Shown: piece by piece, positions 1 to 13,083 of the stretch
Numbering within the stretch: position 1 is the stretch's first letter
How the letters are laid out: every line of letters begins with the position of its first letter
Assembly (NCBI GenBank): GCA_964016885.1
Contig: OZ024744.1
Span: 109,988,001-110,052,000, forward strand
Direction of reading: 5' to 3'
Length of the DNA: 64,000 nt
Source: Eledone cirrhosa
Taxonomy: Eukaryota
The notes under the pieces: model-generated
The model's database searches: none
Told to the model about the DNA's origin: nothing
Seen by the model: only the letters and a program-made list of their open reading frames with translations
Position numbers and translations under genes: made by a program

Positions 1-87
1 GTTCAACAATCTGGCAGGAAGGTATATGTTGCTGACGATAGCTAATAAGCTTGAAACTAGTACAGCGTTCCTTTGTCTGTGTTGAAC
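1..87 (+). ncRNA. Type I hammerhead ribozyme motif, first copy in window
   Basis: ATGTTG 26-31 / CAGCGT 63-68; CTGACGA 32-38; TAGC 39-42 / GCTT 49-52; GAAA 53-56; ACTAGT 56-61; predicted cut after A62. Confidence 0.8.
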
Positions 88-179
88 AAACGAGCAACGA
101 TGGTTGGTAGACACTACGGCTTAATACGGGATGTTTGTTTACTAACACACCGATCATTATAATAAATGTTCGGTGAATC

Positions 180-272
180 CATACGTACATATATATATAT
201 GTGTGCATGTATGTATATATATATACATACTACTGTACGTATGTAAACATATGTGTATGTACGTGTACATAC
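180..272. repeat. Internal alternating purine/pyrimidine tract with two variable (TA)n microsatellites (present in every monomer)
   Basis: 180-230 is unbroken RY alternation. It contains the palindromes ACATATATATATATGT (187-202) and GTATGTATATATATATACATAC (209-230), followed by GTATGTAC-GT-GTACATAC (255-272). Confidence 0.95.
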
Positions 273-2121
273 TTATATTTAAGTAACAGCCGTACTAAGA
301 GTGGGAAATGTAATTTCGTTTCATTTTTTCCGTTTATCGTTTTCGGTGCACCCGGCCGATTAACCCACTCGATGTCCAAATTACGCTACTCAGCCGTTAA
401 TATGCATAAGGTAAGTATATACGTTCAACAACCTGGCAGGAAGGTATACGTTGCTGACGACAGCTAATAATCTTGAAACTAGTACACTGTTCCTTTGTCA
501 GCGTTGAACAAACGAGCAACGATGGTTGCTAGACACTACGGCTTAATACGGGATGTTTGTTTACAAACACACCGATCATTATAATAAATGTTCGGTGAAT
601 CCATACGTACATATATATATATATGTGTGCATGTATGTATATATATATATACATACTACTGTACGTCTGTATACATATATGTATGTACGTGTACATACTT
701 ATATTTAAGTAACAGCCGTACTAAGAGTGGGAAATGAAATTTCGTTTCATTTTTTCCGTTTATCGTTTTCGGTGCACCCGGCCGATTAACCGACTCGATA
801 TGCAAATTGAGCTACTCAGTCGTTAATATGCATAAGATAAGTATATACGTTCAACAATCTGGCAGGAAGGTATACGTTGCTGACGATAGCTAATAAGCTT
901 GAAACTGTACAGCGTCCCTTTGTCAGTGTTGAACAAACGAGCAACGATGGTAGCTAGACACTACGGCTTAATACGGGATGTTTGTTTACAAACACACCGA
1001 GCATTATAATAAATGTTCGGTGAATCCATACGTACATATATATATATATGTGTGCATGTATGTATATATATATACATACTACTGTACGTCTGTATACATA
1101 TATGTATGTACGTGTACATACTTAAATTTCAGTAACAGCCGTACTAAGAGTTGGAAATGAAATTTCGTTTTATTTTTTCCGTTTATCGTTTTCGGTGCAC
1201 CCGGCCGATTAACCCACTCGATGTCCAAATTACGCTACTCAGCCGTTAATATGCATAAGATAAGTATATACGTTCAACAATCTGGCAGGAAGGTATACGT
1301 TGCTGACGATAGCTAATAAGCTTGAAACTAGTACAGCGTTCCATTGTTAGTGTTGAACAAACGAGCAACGATGGTTGCTAGACACTAGGGCTTAATACGG
1401 GATGTTTGTTTACAAACACACCGAGCATTATAATAAATGTTCGGTGAATCCATACGTACATATATATATATGTGTGTGCATGTATGTATATATATATACA
1501 TACTACTGTATGTCTGTATACATATATGTATGTAGGTGTACATACTTAAATTTCAGTAACAGCCGTACTAAGAGTGGGAAATGAAATTTCGTTTCATTTT
1601 TTCCGTTTATCGTTTTCGGTGCACCCGGCCGATTAACCCACTCGATGTCCAAATTACGCTACTCAGCCGTTAATATGCATAAGATAAGTATATACGTTCT
1701 ACAATCTGGCAGGAAGATATACGTTGCTGACGACAGCTAATAATCTTGAAACTAGTACACTGTTCCTTTGTCAGCGTTGAACAAACGAGCAACGATGGTT
1801 GCTAGACACTACGGCTTAATACGGGATGTTTGTTTACAAACACACCGATCATTATAATAAATGTTCGGTGAATCCATACGTACATATATATATATATGTG
1901 TGCATGTATGTATATATATATATACATACTACTGTACGTCTGTATACATATGTTTATGTACGTGTACATACTTATATTTAAGTAACAGCCGTACTAAGAG
2001 TGGGAAATGAAATTTCGTTTCATTTTTTCCGTTTATCGTTTTCGGTGCACCCGGCCGATTAACCGACTCTATATGCAAATTGAGCTACTCTGCCGTTAAT
2101 ATGCCTAAGTTAAGTATATAC

Positions 2122-2208
2122 GTTCAACAATCTGGCAGGAAGGTATACGTTGCTGACGATAGCTAATAAGCTTGAAACTAGTACAGCGTTCCTTTGTCAG
2201 CGTTGAAC
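2122..2208 (+). ncRNA. Type I hammerhead ribozyme motif (consensus-like copy; one per monomer)
   Basis: Stem I ACGTTG 2147-2152 / CAGCGT 2184-2189; core CTGACGA 2153-2159; stem II TAGC 2160-2163 / GCTT 2170-2173 with loop TAATAA; GAAA 2174-2177; stem III AC-TA-GT 2177-2182; predicted cleavage after GUA at 2183. Stem I continues through a TAT/T internal loop into AAGG/CCTT, CTGGCA/TGTCAG and GTTCAAC/GTTGAAC. Confidence 0.85.
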
Positions 2209-5200
2209 AAACGAGCAACGATGTTTGGTAGACACTACGGCTTAATACGGGATATTTGTTTACAAACACACCGATCATTATAATTAATGTTCGGTGAATC
2301 CATACGTACATATATATATGTGCGCATGTATGTATATATATATATATACATACTACTGTACGTCTGTATACATATGTGTATGTACGTGTACATACTTATA
2401 TTTAAGTAACAGCCGTACTAAGAGTGGGAAATGAAATTTCGTTTCATTTTTTCCGTTTATCGTTTTCGGTGCACCCGGCCGATTAACCCACTCGATGTCC
2501 AAATTACGCTACTCAGCCGTTAATATGCATAAGATAAGTATATACGTTCTACAATCTGGCAGGAAGGTATACGTTGCTGACGATAGCTAATAAGCTTGAA
2601 ACTAGTACAGCGTTCCTTTGTCAGTGTTGAACAAACGAGCAACGATGGTTGCTAGATACTACGGCTTAATACGGGATGTTTGTTTACAAACACACCGATC
2701 ATTATAATAAATGTTCGATGAATCCATACGTACGTATATATATGAGTGCATGTATGTATATATATATATACATACTACTGTACGTCTGTATACATATATG
2801 TATGTACGTGTACATACGAATATTTAAGTAACAGCCGTACTAAGAGTGGGAAATGAAATTTCGTTTCATTTTTTTCCGTTTATCGTTCTCGGTGCACCCG
2901 GCCGATTAAGCGACTCTATATACAAATTGAGCTACTCTGCCGTTAATATGCCTAAGTTAAGTATATACGTTCAACAACCTGGCAGGAAGCTATATGTTGC
3001 TGACGATAGCTAATAAGCTTGAAACTAGTACAGCGTTCCTTTGTCAGCGTTGAACAAACGAGCAACGATGTTTGGTAGACACTACGGCTTAATACGGGAT
3101 GTTTGTTTACAAACACACCGATCATTATAATTAATGTTCGGTGAATCCATACGTACATATATATATGTGTGCATGTATGTATATATATATATATATATAC
3201 ATACTACTGTACGTCTGTATACATATGTGTATGTACGTGTACATACTTATATTTAAGTAACAGCCGTACTAAGAGTTGGAAATGAAATTTCGTTTCATTT
3301 TTTCCGTTTATCGTTTTCGGTGCACCCGGCCGATTAACCCACTCGATGTCCAAATTACGCTACTCAGCCGTTAATATGCATAAGATAAGTATATACTTCA
3401 ACAATCTGGCAGGAAGGTATACGTTGCTGACGATAGCTAACAAGCTTGAAACTAGTACAGCGTTCCTTTGTTAGTGTTGAACAAACGAGCAACGATGGTT
3501 GCCAGACACTAGGGCTTAATACGGGATGTTTGTTTACAAACACACCGAGCATTATAATAAATGTTCGGTGAATCCATACGTACATATATATATATATGTG
3601 TGCATGTATGTATATATATATACATACTACTGTATGTCTGTATACATATATGTATGTAGGTGTACATACTTAAATTTCAGTAACAGCCGTACTAAGAGTG
3701 GGAAATGAAATTTCGTTTCATTTTTTTCCGTTTATCGTTCTCGGTGCACCCGGCCGATTAACCGACTCTATATGCAAATTGAGCTACTCTGCCGTTAATA
3801 TGCCTAAGTTAAGTATATACGATCAACAATCTGGCAGGAAGGTATACGTTGCTGACGATAGCTAATAAGCTTGAAACTAGTACAGCGTTCCTTCGTCAGC
3901 GTTGAACAAACGAGCAATGATGTTCGGTAGACACTACGGCTTAATACGGGATGTTTGTTTACAAACACACCGAGTATTATAATAAATGTTCGGTGAATCC
4001 ATACGTACATATATATATGTGTGCATGTATGTATATATATATACATACTACTGTACGTCTGTATACATATGTTTATGTACGTGTACATACTTATATTTAA
4101 GTAACAGCCGTACTAAGAGTGGAAAATGAAATTTCGTTTCATTCTTTCCGTTTATCGTTTTCGGTGCACCCGGCCGATTAACCCACTCGATGTCCAAATT
4201 ACGTTACTCAGCCGTTAATATGCATAAGATAAGTATATACGTTCAACAACCTGGCAGGAAGCTATATGTTGCTGACGATAGCTAATAAGCTTGAAACTAG
4301 TACAGCGTTCCTTTGTCTGTGTTGAACAAACGAGCAACGATGGTTGCTAGACACTACGGCTTAATACGGGATGTTTGTTTACTAACACACCGATCATTAT
4401 AATAAATGTTCGGTGAATCCATACGTACATATATATATATGTGTGCATGTATGTATATATATATACATACTACTGTACGTATGTAAACATATGTGTATGT
4501 ACGTGTACATACTTATATTTAAGTAACAGCCGTACTAAGAGTGGGAAATGAAATTTCGTTTCATTTTTTCCGTTTATCGTTTTCGGTGCACCCGGCCGAT
4601 TAACCCACTCGATGTCCAAATTACGCTACTCAGCCGTTAATATGCATAAGGTAAGTATATACGTTCAACAATCTGGCAGGAAGGTATACGTTGCTGACGA
4701 CAGCTAATAATCTTGAAACTAGTACACTGTTCCTTTGTCAGCGTTGAACAAACGAGCAACGATGGTTGCTATACACTACGGCTTAATACGGGATGTTTGT
4801 TTACAAACACACCGATCATTATAATAAATGTTCGGTGAATCCATACGTACATATATATATATGTGTGTGCATGTATGTATATATATATATACATACTACT
4901 GTACGTCTGTATACATATATGTATGTACGTGTACATACTTAAATTTCAGTAACAGCCGTACTAAGAGTGGGAAATGAAATTTCGTTTCATTTTAACAGTT
5001 TATCATTTTCGGTGCACCCGGCCGATTAACCGACTCTATATGCAAATTGAGCTACTCTGCCGTTAATATGCCTAAGTTAAGTATATACGATCAACAATCT
5101 GGCAGGAAGGTATACGTTGCTGACGATAGCTAATAAGCTTGAAACTAGTACAGCGTTCCTTTGTCAGCGTTGAACAAACGAGCAATGATGTTCGGTAGAC

Positions 5201-8200
5201 AATACGGCTTAATACGGGATGTTTGTTTACAAACACACCGAGCATTATAATAAATGTTCGGTGAATCCATACGTACATATATATATGTGTGCATGTATGT
5301 ATATATATATATACATACTACTGTACGTCTGTATACATATGTGTATGTACGTGTACATACTTATATTTAAGTAACAGCCGTACTAAGAGTGGGAAATGAA
5401 ATTTCGTTTCATTTTTTCCGTTTATCCTTTTAGGTGCACCCGGCCGATTAACCGACTCTATATGCAAATTGAGCTACTCTGCCGTTAATATGCCTAAGTT
5501 AAGTATATACGTTCAACAATCTGGCAGGAAGGTATACGTTGCTGACGATAGCTAATAAGCTTGAAACTTGTACAGCGTTCCTTTGTCAGCGTTGAACAAA
5601 CGAGCAACGATGTTTGTTAGACACTACGGCTTAATACGAGATGTTTGTTTACAAACACACCGATCATTATAATAAATGTTCGGTGAATCCATACGTACAT
5701 ATATATATGTGTGCATGTATGTATATATATATTTACATACTACTGTACGTCTGTATACATATGTGTATGTACGTGTACATACTTATTTTTAAGTAACAGC
5801 CGTACTAAGAGTGGGAAATGAAATTTCGTTTCATTTTTTCCGTTTATCGTTTTCGGTGCACCCGGCCGATTAACCGACTCTATATCCAAATTACTCTACT
5901 CAGTCGTTAATATGCATAAGATAAGTATATACGTTCAACAATCTGGCAGGAAGGTATACGTTGCTGACGATAGCTAATAAGCTAGTACAGCGTTCCTTTG
6001 TCAGTGTTGAATAAACGAGCAACGATGGTAGCTAGACACTACGGCTTAATACGGGATGTTTGTTTACAAACACACCGATCATTATAATAAATGTTCGGTG
6101 AATCCATACGTACATATATATATATGTGTGCATGTATATATATATTTACATACTACTGTACGTCTGTATACATATGTGTATGTACGTGTACATACTTATA
6201 TTTAAGTAACAGCCGTACTAAGAGTTGGAAATGAAATTTCGTTTCATTTTTTCCGTTTATCTTTTTCGGTGCACCCGGCCGATTAACCCACTCGATGTCC
6301 AAATTACGCTACTCAGCCGTTAATATGCATAAGATAAGTATATACGTTCAACAATCTGGCAGGAAGGTATACGTTGCTGACGATAGCTAATAAGCTTGAA
6401 ACTAGTACAGCGTTCCTTTGTCAGCGTTGAACAAACGAGCAATGATGTTCGGTAGACACTACGGCTTAATACGGGATGTTTGTTTACAAACACACCGAGT
6501 ATTATAATAAATGTTCGGTGAATCCATACGTACATATATATATGTGTGCATGTATGTATATATATATACATACTACTGTATGTCTGTATACATATATGTA
6601 TGTAGGTGTACATACTTAAATTTCAGTAACAGCCGTACTAAGAGTGGGAAATGAAATTTCGTTTCATTTTTACAGTTTATCTTTTTCGGTGCACCCGGCC
6701 GATTAACCGACTCTATATGCAAATTGAGCTACTCTGCCGTTAATATGCCTAAGTTAAGTATATACGTTCAACAATCTGGCAGGAAGGTATACGTTGCTGA
6801 CGATAGCTAATAAGCTTGAAACTAGTACAGCGTTCCTTTGTCAGCGTTGAACAAACGAGCAACGATGTTTGGTAGACACTACGGCTTAATACGGGATGTT
6901 TGTTTACAAACACACCGATCATTATAATAAATGTTCGGTGAATCCATACGTACGTATATATATGTGTGCATGTATGTATATATATATTTACATACTACTG
7001 TACGTCTGTATACATATGTGTATGTACGTGTACATACTTATATTTAAGTAACAGCCGGACTAAGTGTTGGAAATGAAATTTCGTTTCATTTTTTCCGTTT
7101 ATCGTTTTCGGTGCACCCGGCCGATTAACCCACTCGATGTCCAAATTACGCTACTCAGCCGTTAATATGCATAAGATAAGTATATACGTTCAACAATCTG
7201 GCAGGAAGGTATACGTTGCTGACGATAGCTAATAAGCTTGAAACTAGTACAGCGTTCCTTCGTTAGTGTTGAACAAACGAGCAACGATGGTTGCTAGACA
7301 CTAGGGCTTAATACGGGATGTTTGTTTACAAACACACCGAGCATTATAATAAATGTTCGGTGAATCCATACGTACATATATATATGTGTGCATGTATGTA
7401 TATATATATACATACTACTGTATGTCTGTATATATATATGTATGTAGGTGTACATACTTAAATTTCAGTAACAGCCGTACTAAGAGTGGGAAATGAAATT
7501 TCGTTTCATTTTTACAGTTTATCGTTTTCGGTGCACCCGGCCGATTAACCGACTCTATATGCAAATTGAGCTACTCTGCCGTTAATATGCCTAAGTTAAG
7601 TATATACGATCAACAATCTGGCAGGAAGGTATACGTTGCTGACGATAGCTAATAAGCTTGAAACTAGTACAGCGTTCCTTTGTCAGCGTTGAACAAACGA
7701 GCAATGATGTTCGGTAGACACTACGGCTTAATACGGGATGTTTGTTTACAAACACACCGAGTATTATAATAAATGTTCGGTGAATCCATACGTACATATA
7801 TATATGTGTGCATGTATGTATATATATATACATACTACTGTACGTCTGTATACATATGTTTATGTACGTGTACATACTTATATTTAAGTAACAGCCGTAC
7901 TAAGAGTGGGAAATGAAATTTCGTTTCATTTTTCCCGTTTATCGTTTTCGGTGCACCCGGCCGATTAACCGACTCTATATGCAAATTGAGCTACCCTGCC
8001 GTTAATATGCCTAAGTTAAGTATATACGTTCAACAATCTGGCAGGAAGGTATACGTTGCTGACGATAGCTAATAAGCTTGAAACTAGTACAGCGTTCCTT
8101 TGTCAGCGTTGAACAAACGAGCAATGATGTTCGGTAGACACTACGGCTTAATACGGGATGTTTGTTTACAAACACACCGAGTATTATAATAAATGTTCGG

Positions 8201-11200
8201 TGAATCCATACGTACATATATATATGTGTGCATGTATGTATATATATATACATACTACTGTACGTCTGTATACATATGTTTATGTACGTGTACATACTTA
8301 TATTTAAGTAACAGCCGTACTAAGAGTGGGAAATGAAATTTCGTTTCATTTTTTCCGTTTATCGTTTTCGGTGCACCCGGCCGATTAACCCACTCGATGT
8401 CCAAATTACGCTACTCAGCCGTTAATATGCATAAGATAAGTATATACGTTCAACAATCTGGCAGGAAGGTATACGTTGCTGACGATAGCTAATAAGCTTG
8501 AAACTAGTACAGCGTTCCTTTGTCAGTGTTGAACAAACGAGCAACGATGGTTGCTAGATACTACGGCTTAATACGGGATGTTTGTTTACAAACACACCGA
8601 TCATTATAATAAATGTTCGATGAATCCATACGTACGTATATATATGTGTGCATGTATGTATATATATATATACATACTACTGTACGTCTGTATACATATA
8701 TGTATGTACGTGTACATACGAATATTTAAGTAACAGCCGTACTAAGAGTGGGAAATGAAATTTCGTTTCATTTTTTTCCGTTTATCGTTCTCGGTGCACC
8801 CGCCCGATTAAGCGACTCTATATACAAATTGAGCTACTCTGCCGTTAATATGCCTAAGTTAAGTATATACGTTCAACAATCTGGCAGGAAGGTATATGTT
8901 GCTGACGATAGCTAATAAGCTTGAAACTAGTACAGCGTTCCTTTGTCAGCGTTGAACAAACGAGCAACGATGTTTGGTAGACACTACGGCTTAATACGGG
9001 ATGTTTGTTTACAAACACACCGATCATTATAATAAATGTTCGGTGAATCCATACGTACGTATATATATGTGTGCATGTATGTATATATATATTTACATAC
9101 TACTGTACGTCTGTATACATATGTGTATGTACGTGTACATACTTATATTTAACTAACAGCCGGACTAAGTGTTGGAAATGAAATTTCGTTTCATTTTTTC
9201 CGTTTATCGTTTTCGGTGCACCCGGCCGATTAACCCACTCGATGTCCAAATTACGCTACTCAGCCGTTAATATGCATAAGATAAGTATATACGTTCAACA
9301 ATCTGGCAGGAAGGTATACGTTGCTGACGATAGCTAATAAGCTTGAAACTAGTACAGCGTTCCTTTGTCAGTGTTGAACAAATGAGCAACGATGTTTGCT
9401 AGACACTACGGCTTAATACGGGATGTTTGTTTACAAACACACCGATCATTATAATAAATGTTCGGTGAATCCATACGTACATATATATATGTGTGCATGT
9501 ATGTATATATATATATACATACTACTGTACGTCTGTATACATATATGTATGTACGTGTACATACGAATATTTAAGTTACAGCCGTACTAATAGTGGGAAA
9601 TGAAATTTCGTTTCATTTTTCCCGTTATCGTTTTCTGTGCACACGGCCGAATAACACACTCGATATGCAAATTGGGCTACTCAGCCGTTAATATGCATAA
9701 GGTAAGTATATACGTTCAACAATCTGGCAGGAAGGTATACGTTGCTGACGACAGCTAATAAGCTTGAAACTAGTACAGCGTTCCTTTGTCAGCGTTGTAC
9801 AAACGAACAACGATGGTTGGTAGACACAACGGTTTAATACGGGATGTTTGTTTACAAACACACCGAGCATTATAATAAATGTTCGGTGAATCCATACGTA
9901 CATATATATATATATATGTGTGCATGTATGTATATATATATACATACCACTGTACGTCTGTATACATATATGTATGTACGTGTACATACTTATATTTAAG
10001 TTACAGCCGTACTAAGAGTTGGAAATGAAATTTCGTTTCATTTTTCCGTTTATCGTTTTCGGTGCACCCGGCCGATTAACCGACTCTATATGCAAATTGG
10101 GCTACTCTGCCGTTAATATGCATAAGTTAAGTATATACGTTCAACAATCTGCCAGGAAGGTATACGTTGCTGACGATAGCTAATAAGCTTGAAACTAGTA
10201 CAGCGTTCCTTTGTCAGTGTTGAACAAACGAGCAACGATGGTTGGTAGACACTACGGCTTAATACGGGATGTTTGTTTACAAACACCGATCATTATAATA
10301 AATGTTCGGTGAATCCATACATACATATATATATGTGTGCATGTATGTATATATATATACATACTACTGTACGTCTGTATACATATATGTATGTACGTGT
10401 ACATACTTATATTTAAGTAACAGCCGTACTAAGAGTGGGAAATGAAATTTCGTTTCATTTTTTCCGTTTATCGTTTTCGGTGCCCCCCGACGATTAACCC
10501 ACTCGATGTCCAAATTACGCTACTCAGCCGTTAATATGCATAAGGTAAGTATATACGTTCAACAATCTGGCAGGAAGGTATACGTTGCTGACGACAGCTA
10601 ATAATCTTGAAACCATTACACTGTTCCTTTGTCAGCGTTGAACAAACGAGCAACGATGGTTGGTAGACACTACGGCTTAATACGGGATGTTTGTTTACAA
10701 ACACACCGATCATTATAATAAATGTTCGGTGAATCCATACGTACATATATATATATGTGTGCATGTATGTATATATATATTTACATACTACTGTACGTCT
10801 GTATACATATGTGTATGTACGTGTACATACTTATATTTAAGTAACAGCCGTACTAAGAGTGTGAAATGAAATTTCGTTTCATTTTTTCCGTTTACCATTT
10901 GCGGTGCAGCCGGGCGAGTAACCCACTCGATATCCAAATTGGGCTACTCAGCCGTTAATATGCATAAGGTAAGTATATACGTTCAACAATCTGGCAGGAA
11001 GGTATACGCTGCTGACGATAGCTAATAAGCTTGAAACTAGTACAGCGTTCCTTTGTCAGTGTTGAACAAACGAGCAACGATGATTGGTAGACACTACGGC
11101 TTAATACGGGATGTTTGTTTATAAACACACCGATCATTATAATAAATGTACCGTGAATACATACGTACATATATATGTGTGCATGTATGTATATATATAT

Positions 11201-13083
11201 ATACATACTACTGTACGTCTATATACATATATGTATGTACGTGTACATACTTATATTTAAGTAACAGCCGTACTAAGAGTGGGAAATGAAATTTCGTTTC
11301 ATTTTTTCCGTTTATCGTTTTCGGTGCACCCGGCCGATTAACCGACTCTATATGCAAATTGAGCTACTCTGCCGTTAATATGCCTAAGTTAAGTATATAC
11401 GTTCAACAATCTGGCAGGAAGGTATACGTTGCTGACGATAGCTAATAAGCTTGAAACTATTACACTGTTCCTTTGTCAGCGTTGAACAAACGAGCAACGA
11501 TGATTGGTAGACACTACGGCTTAATACGGGATGTTTGTTTACAAACACACCGATCATTATAATAAATGTTCGGTGAATCCATACGTACATATATATATGT
11601 GCGCATGTATGTATATATATATATATACATACTACTGTACGTCTGTATACATATGTGTATGTACGTGTACATACTTATATTTAAGTAACAGCCGTACTAA
11701 GAGTGGGAAATGAAATTTCGTTTCATTTTTTCCGTTTATCGTTTTCGGTGCACCCGGCCGATTAACCCACTCGATGTCCAAATTACGCTACTCAGCCGTT
11801 AATATGCATAAGATAAGTATATACGTTCAACAATCTGGCAGGAAGGTATACGTTGCTGACGATAGCTAATAAGCTTGAAACTAGTACAGCGTTCCTTTGT
11901 CAGTGTTGAACAAACGAGCAACGATGGTTGCTAGATACTACGGCTTAATACGGGATGTTTGTTTACAAACACACCGATCATTATAATAAATGTTCGATGA
12001 ATCCATACGTACGTATATATATGTGTGCATGTATGTATATATATATATACATACTACTGTACGTCTGTATACATATATGTATGTACGTGTACATACGAAT
12101 ATTTAAGTAACAGCCGTACTAAGAGTGGGAAATGAAATTTCGTTTCATTTTTTTCCGTTTATCGTTCTCGGTGCACCCGGCCGATTAAGCGACTCTATAT
12201 ACAAATTGAGCTACTCTGCCGTTAATATGCCTAAGTTAAGTATATACGTTCAACAATCTGGCAGGAAGGTATATGTTGCTGACGATAGCTAATAAGCTTG
12301 AAACTAGTACAGCGTTCCTTTGTCAGCGTTGAACAAACGAGCAACGATGTTTGGTAGACACTACGGCTTAATACGGGATGTTTGTTTACAAACACACCGA
12401 TCATTATAATAAATGTTCGGTGAATCCATACGTACGTATATATATGTGTGCATGTATGTATATATATATTTACATACTACTGTACGTCTGTATACATATG
12501 TGTATGTACGTGTACATACTTATATTTAACTAACAGCCGGACTAAGTGTTGGAAATGAAATTTCGTTTCATTTTTTCCGTTTATCGTTTTCGGTGCACCC
12601 GGCCGATTAACCCACTCGATGTCCAAATTACGCTACTCAGCCGTTAATATGCATAAGATAAGTATATACGTTCAACAATCTGGCAGGAAGGTATACGTTG
12701 CTGACGATAGCTAATAAGCTTGAAACTAGTACAGCGTTCCTTTGTTAGTGTTGAACAAACGAGCAACGATGGTTGCTAGACACTAGGGCTTAATACGGGA
12801 TGTTTGTTTACAAACACACCGAGCATTATAATAAATGTTCGGTGAATCCATACGTACATATATATATATATGTGTGCATGTATGTATATATATATACATA
12901 CTACTGTATGTCTGTATACATATATGTATGTAGGTGTACATACTTAAATTTCAGTAACAGCCGTACTAAGAGTGGGAAATGAAATTTCGTTTCATTTTTA
13001 CAGTTTATCGTTTTCGGTGCACCCGGCCGATTAACCGACTCTATATGCAAATTGAGCTACTCTGCCGTTAATCTGCCTAAGTT

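Larger units (their letters stand above)
1..422 (+). repeat. Representative monomer (phase arbitrary)
   Basis: The next copy of the start motif begins at 423. Confidence 0.97.

Noticed and set aside
408-416. AG|GTAAGT splice-donor consensus just upstream of the ribozyme
   Set aside because: It is present in only one variant class (others read AGATAAGT or AGTTAAGT), and there is no exon context.
1-422. 5S rRNA, tRNA, snRNA or spliced-leader tandem gene unit
   Set aside because: I recognise no such sequence, cloverleaf or convincing Pol III A/B/C boxes. A covariance-model scan would be needed to exclude divergent ones fully.
1-422. Second hammerhead on the minus strand (viroid-like ambisense)
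   Set aside because: TTTCG occurs on the + strand, but I found no TCNTCAG at a suitable distance, so there is no minus-strand CUGANGA core.
732-756. Hairpin followed by a T-run resembling an intrinsic terminator
   Set aside because: The stem is AT-rich and weak, the T-run is part of the stem, and there is no prokaryotic gene context.
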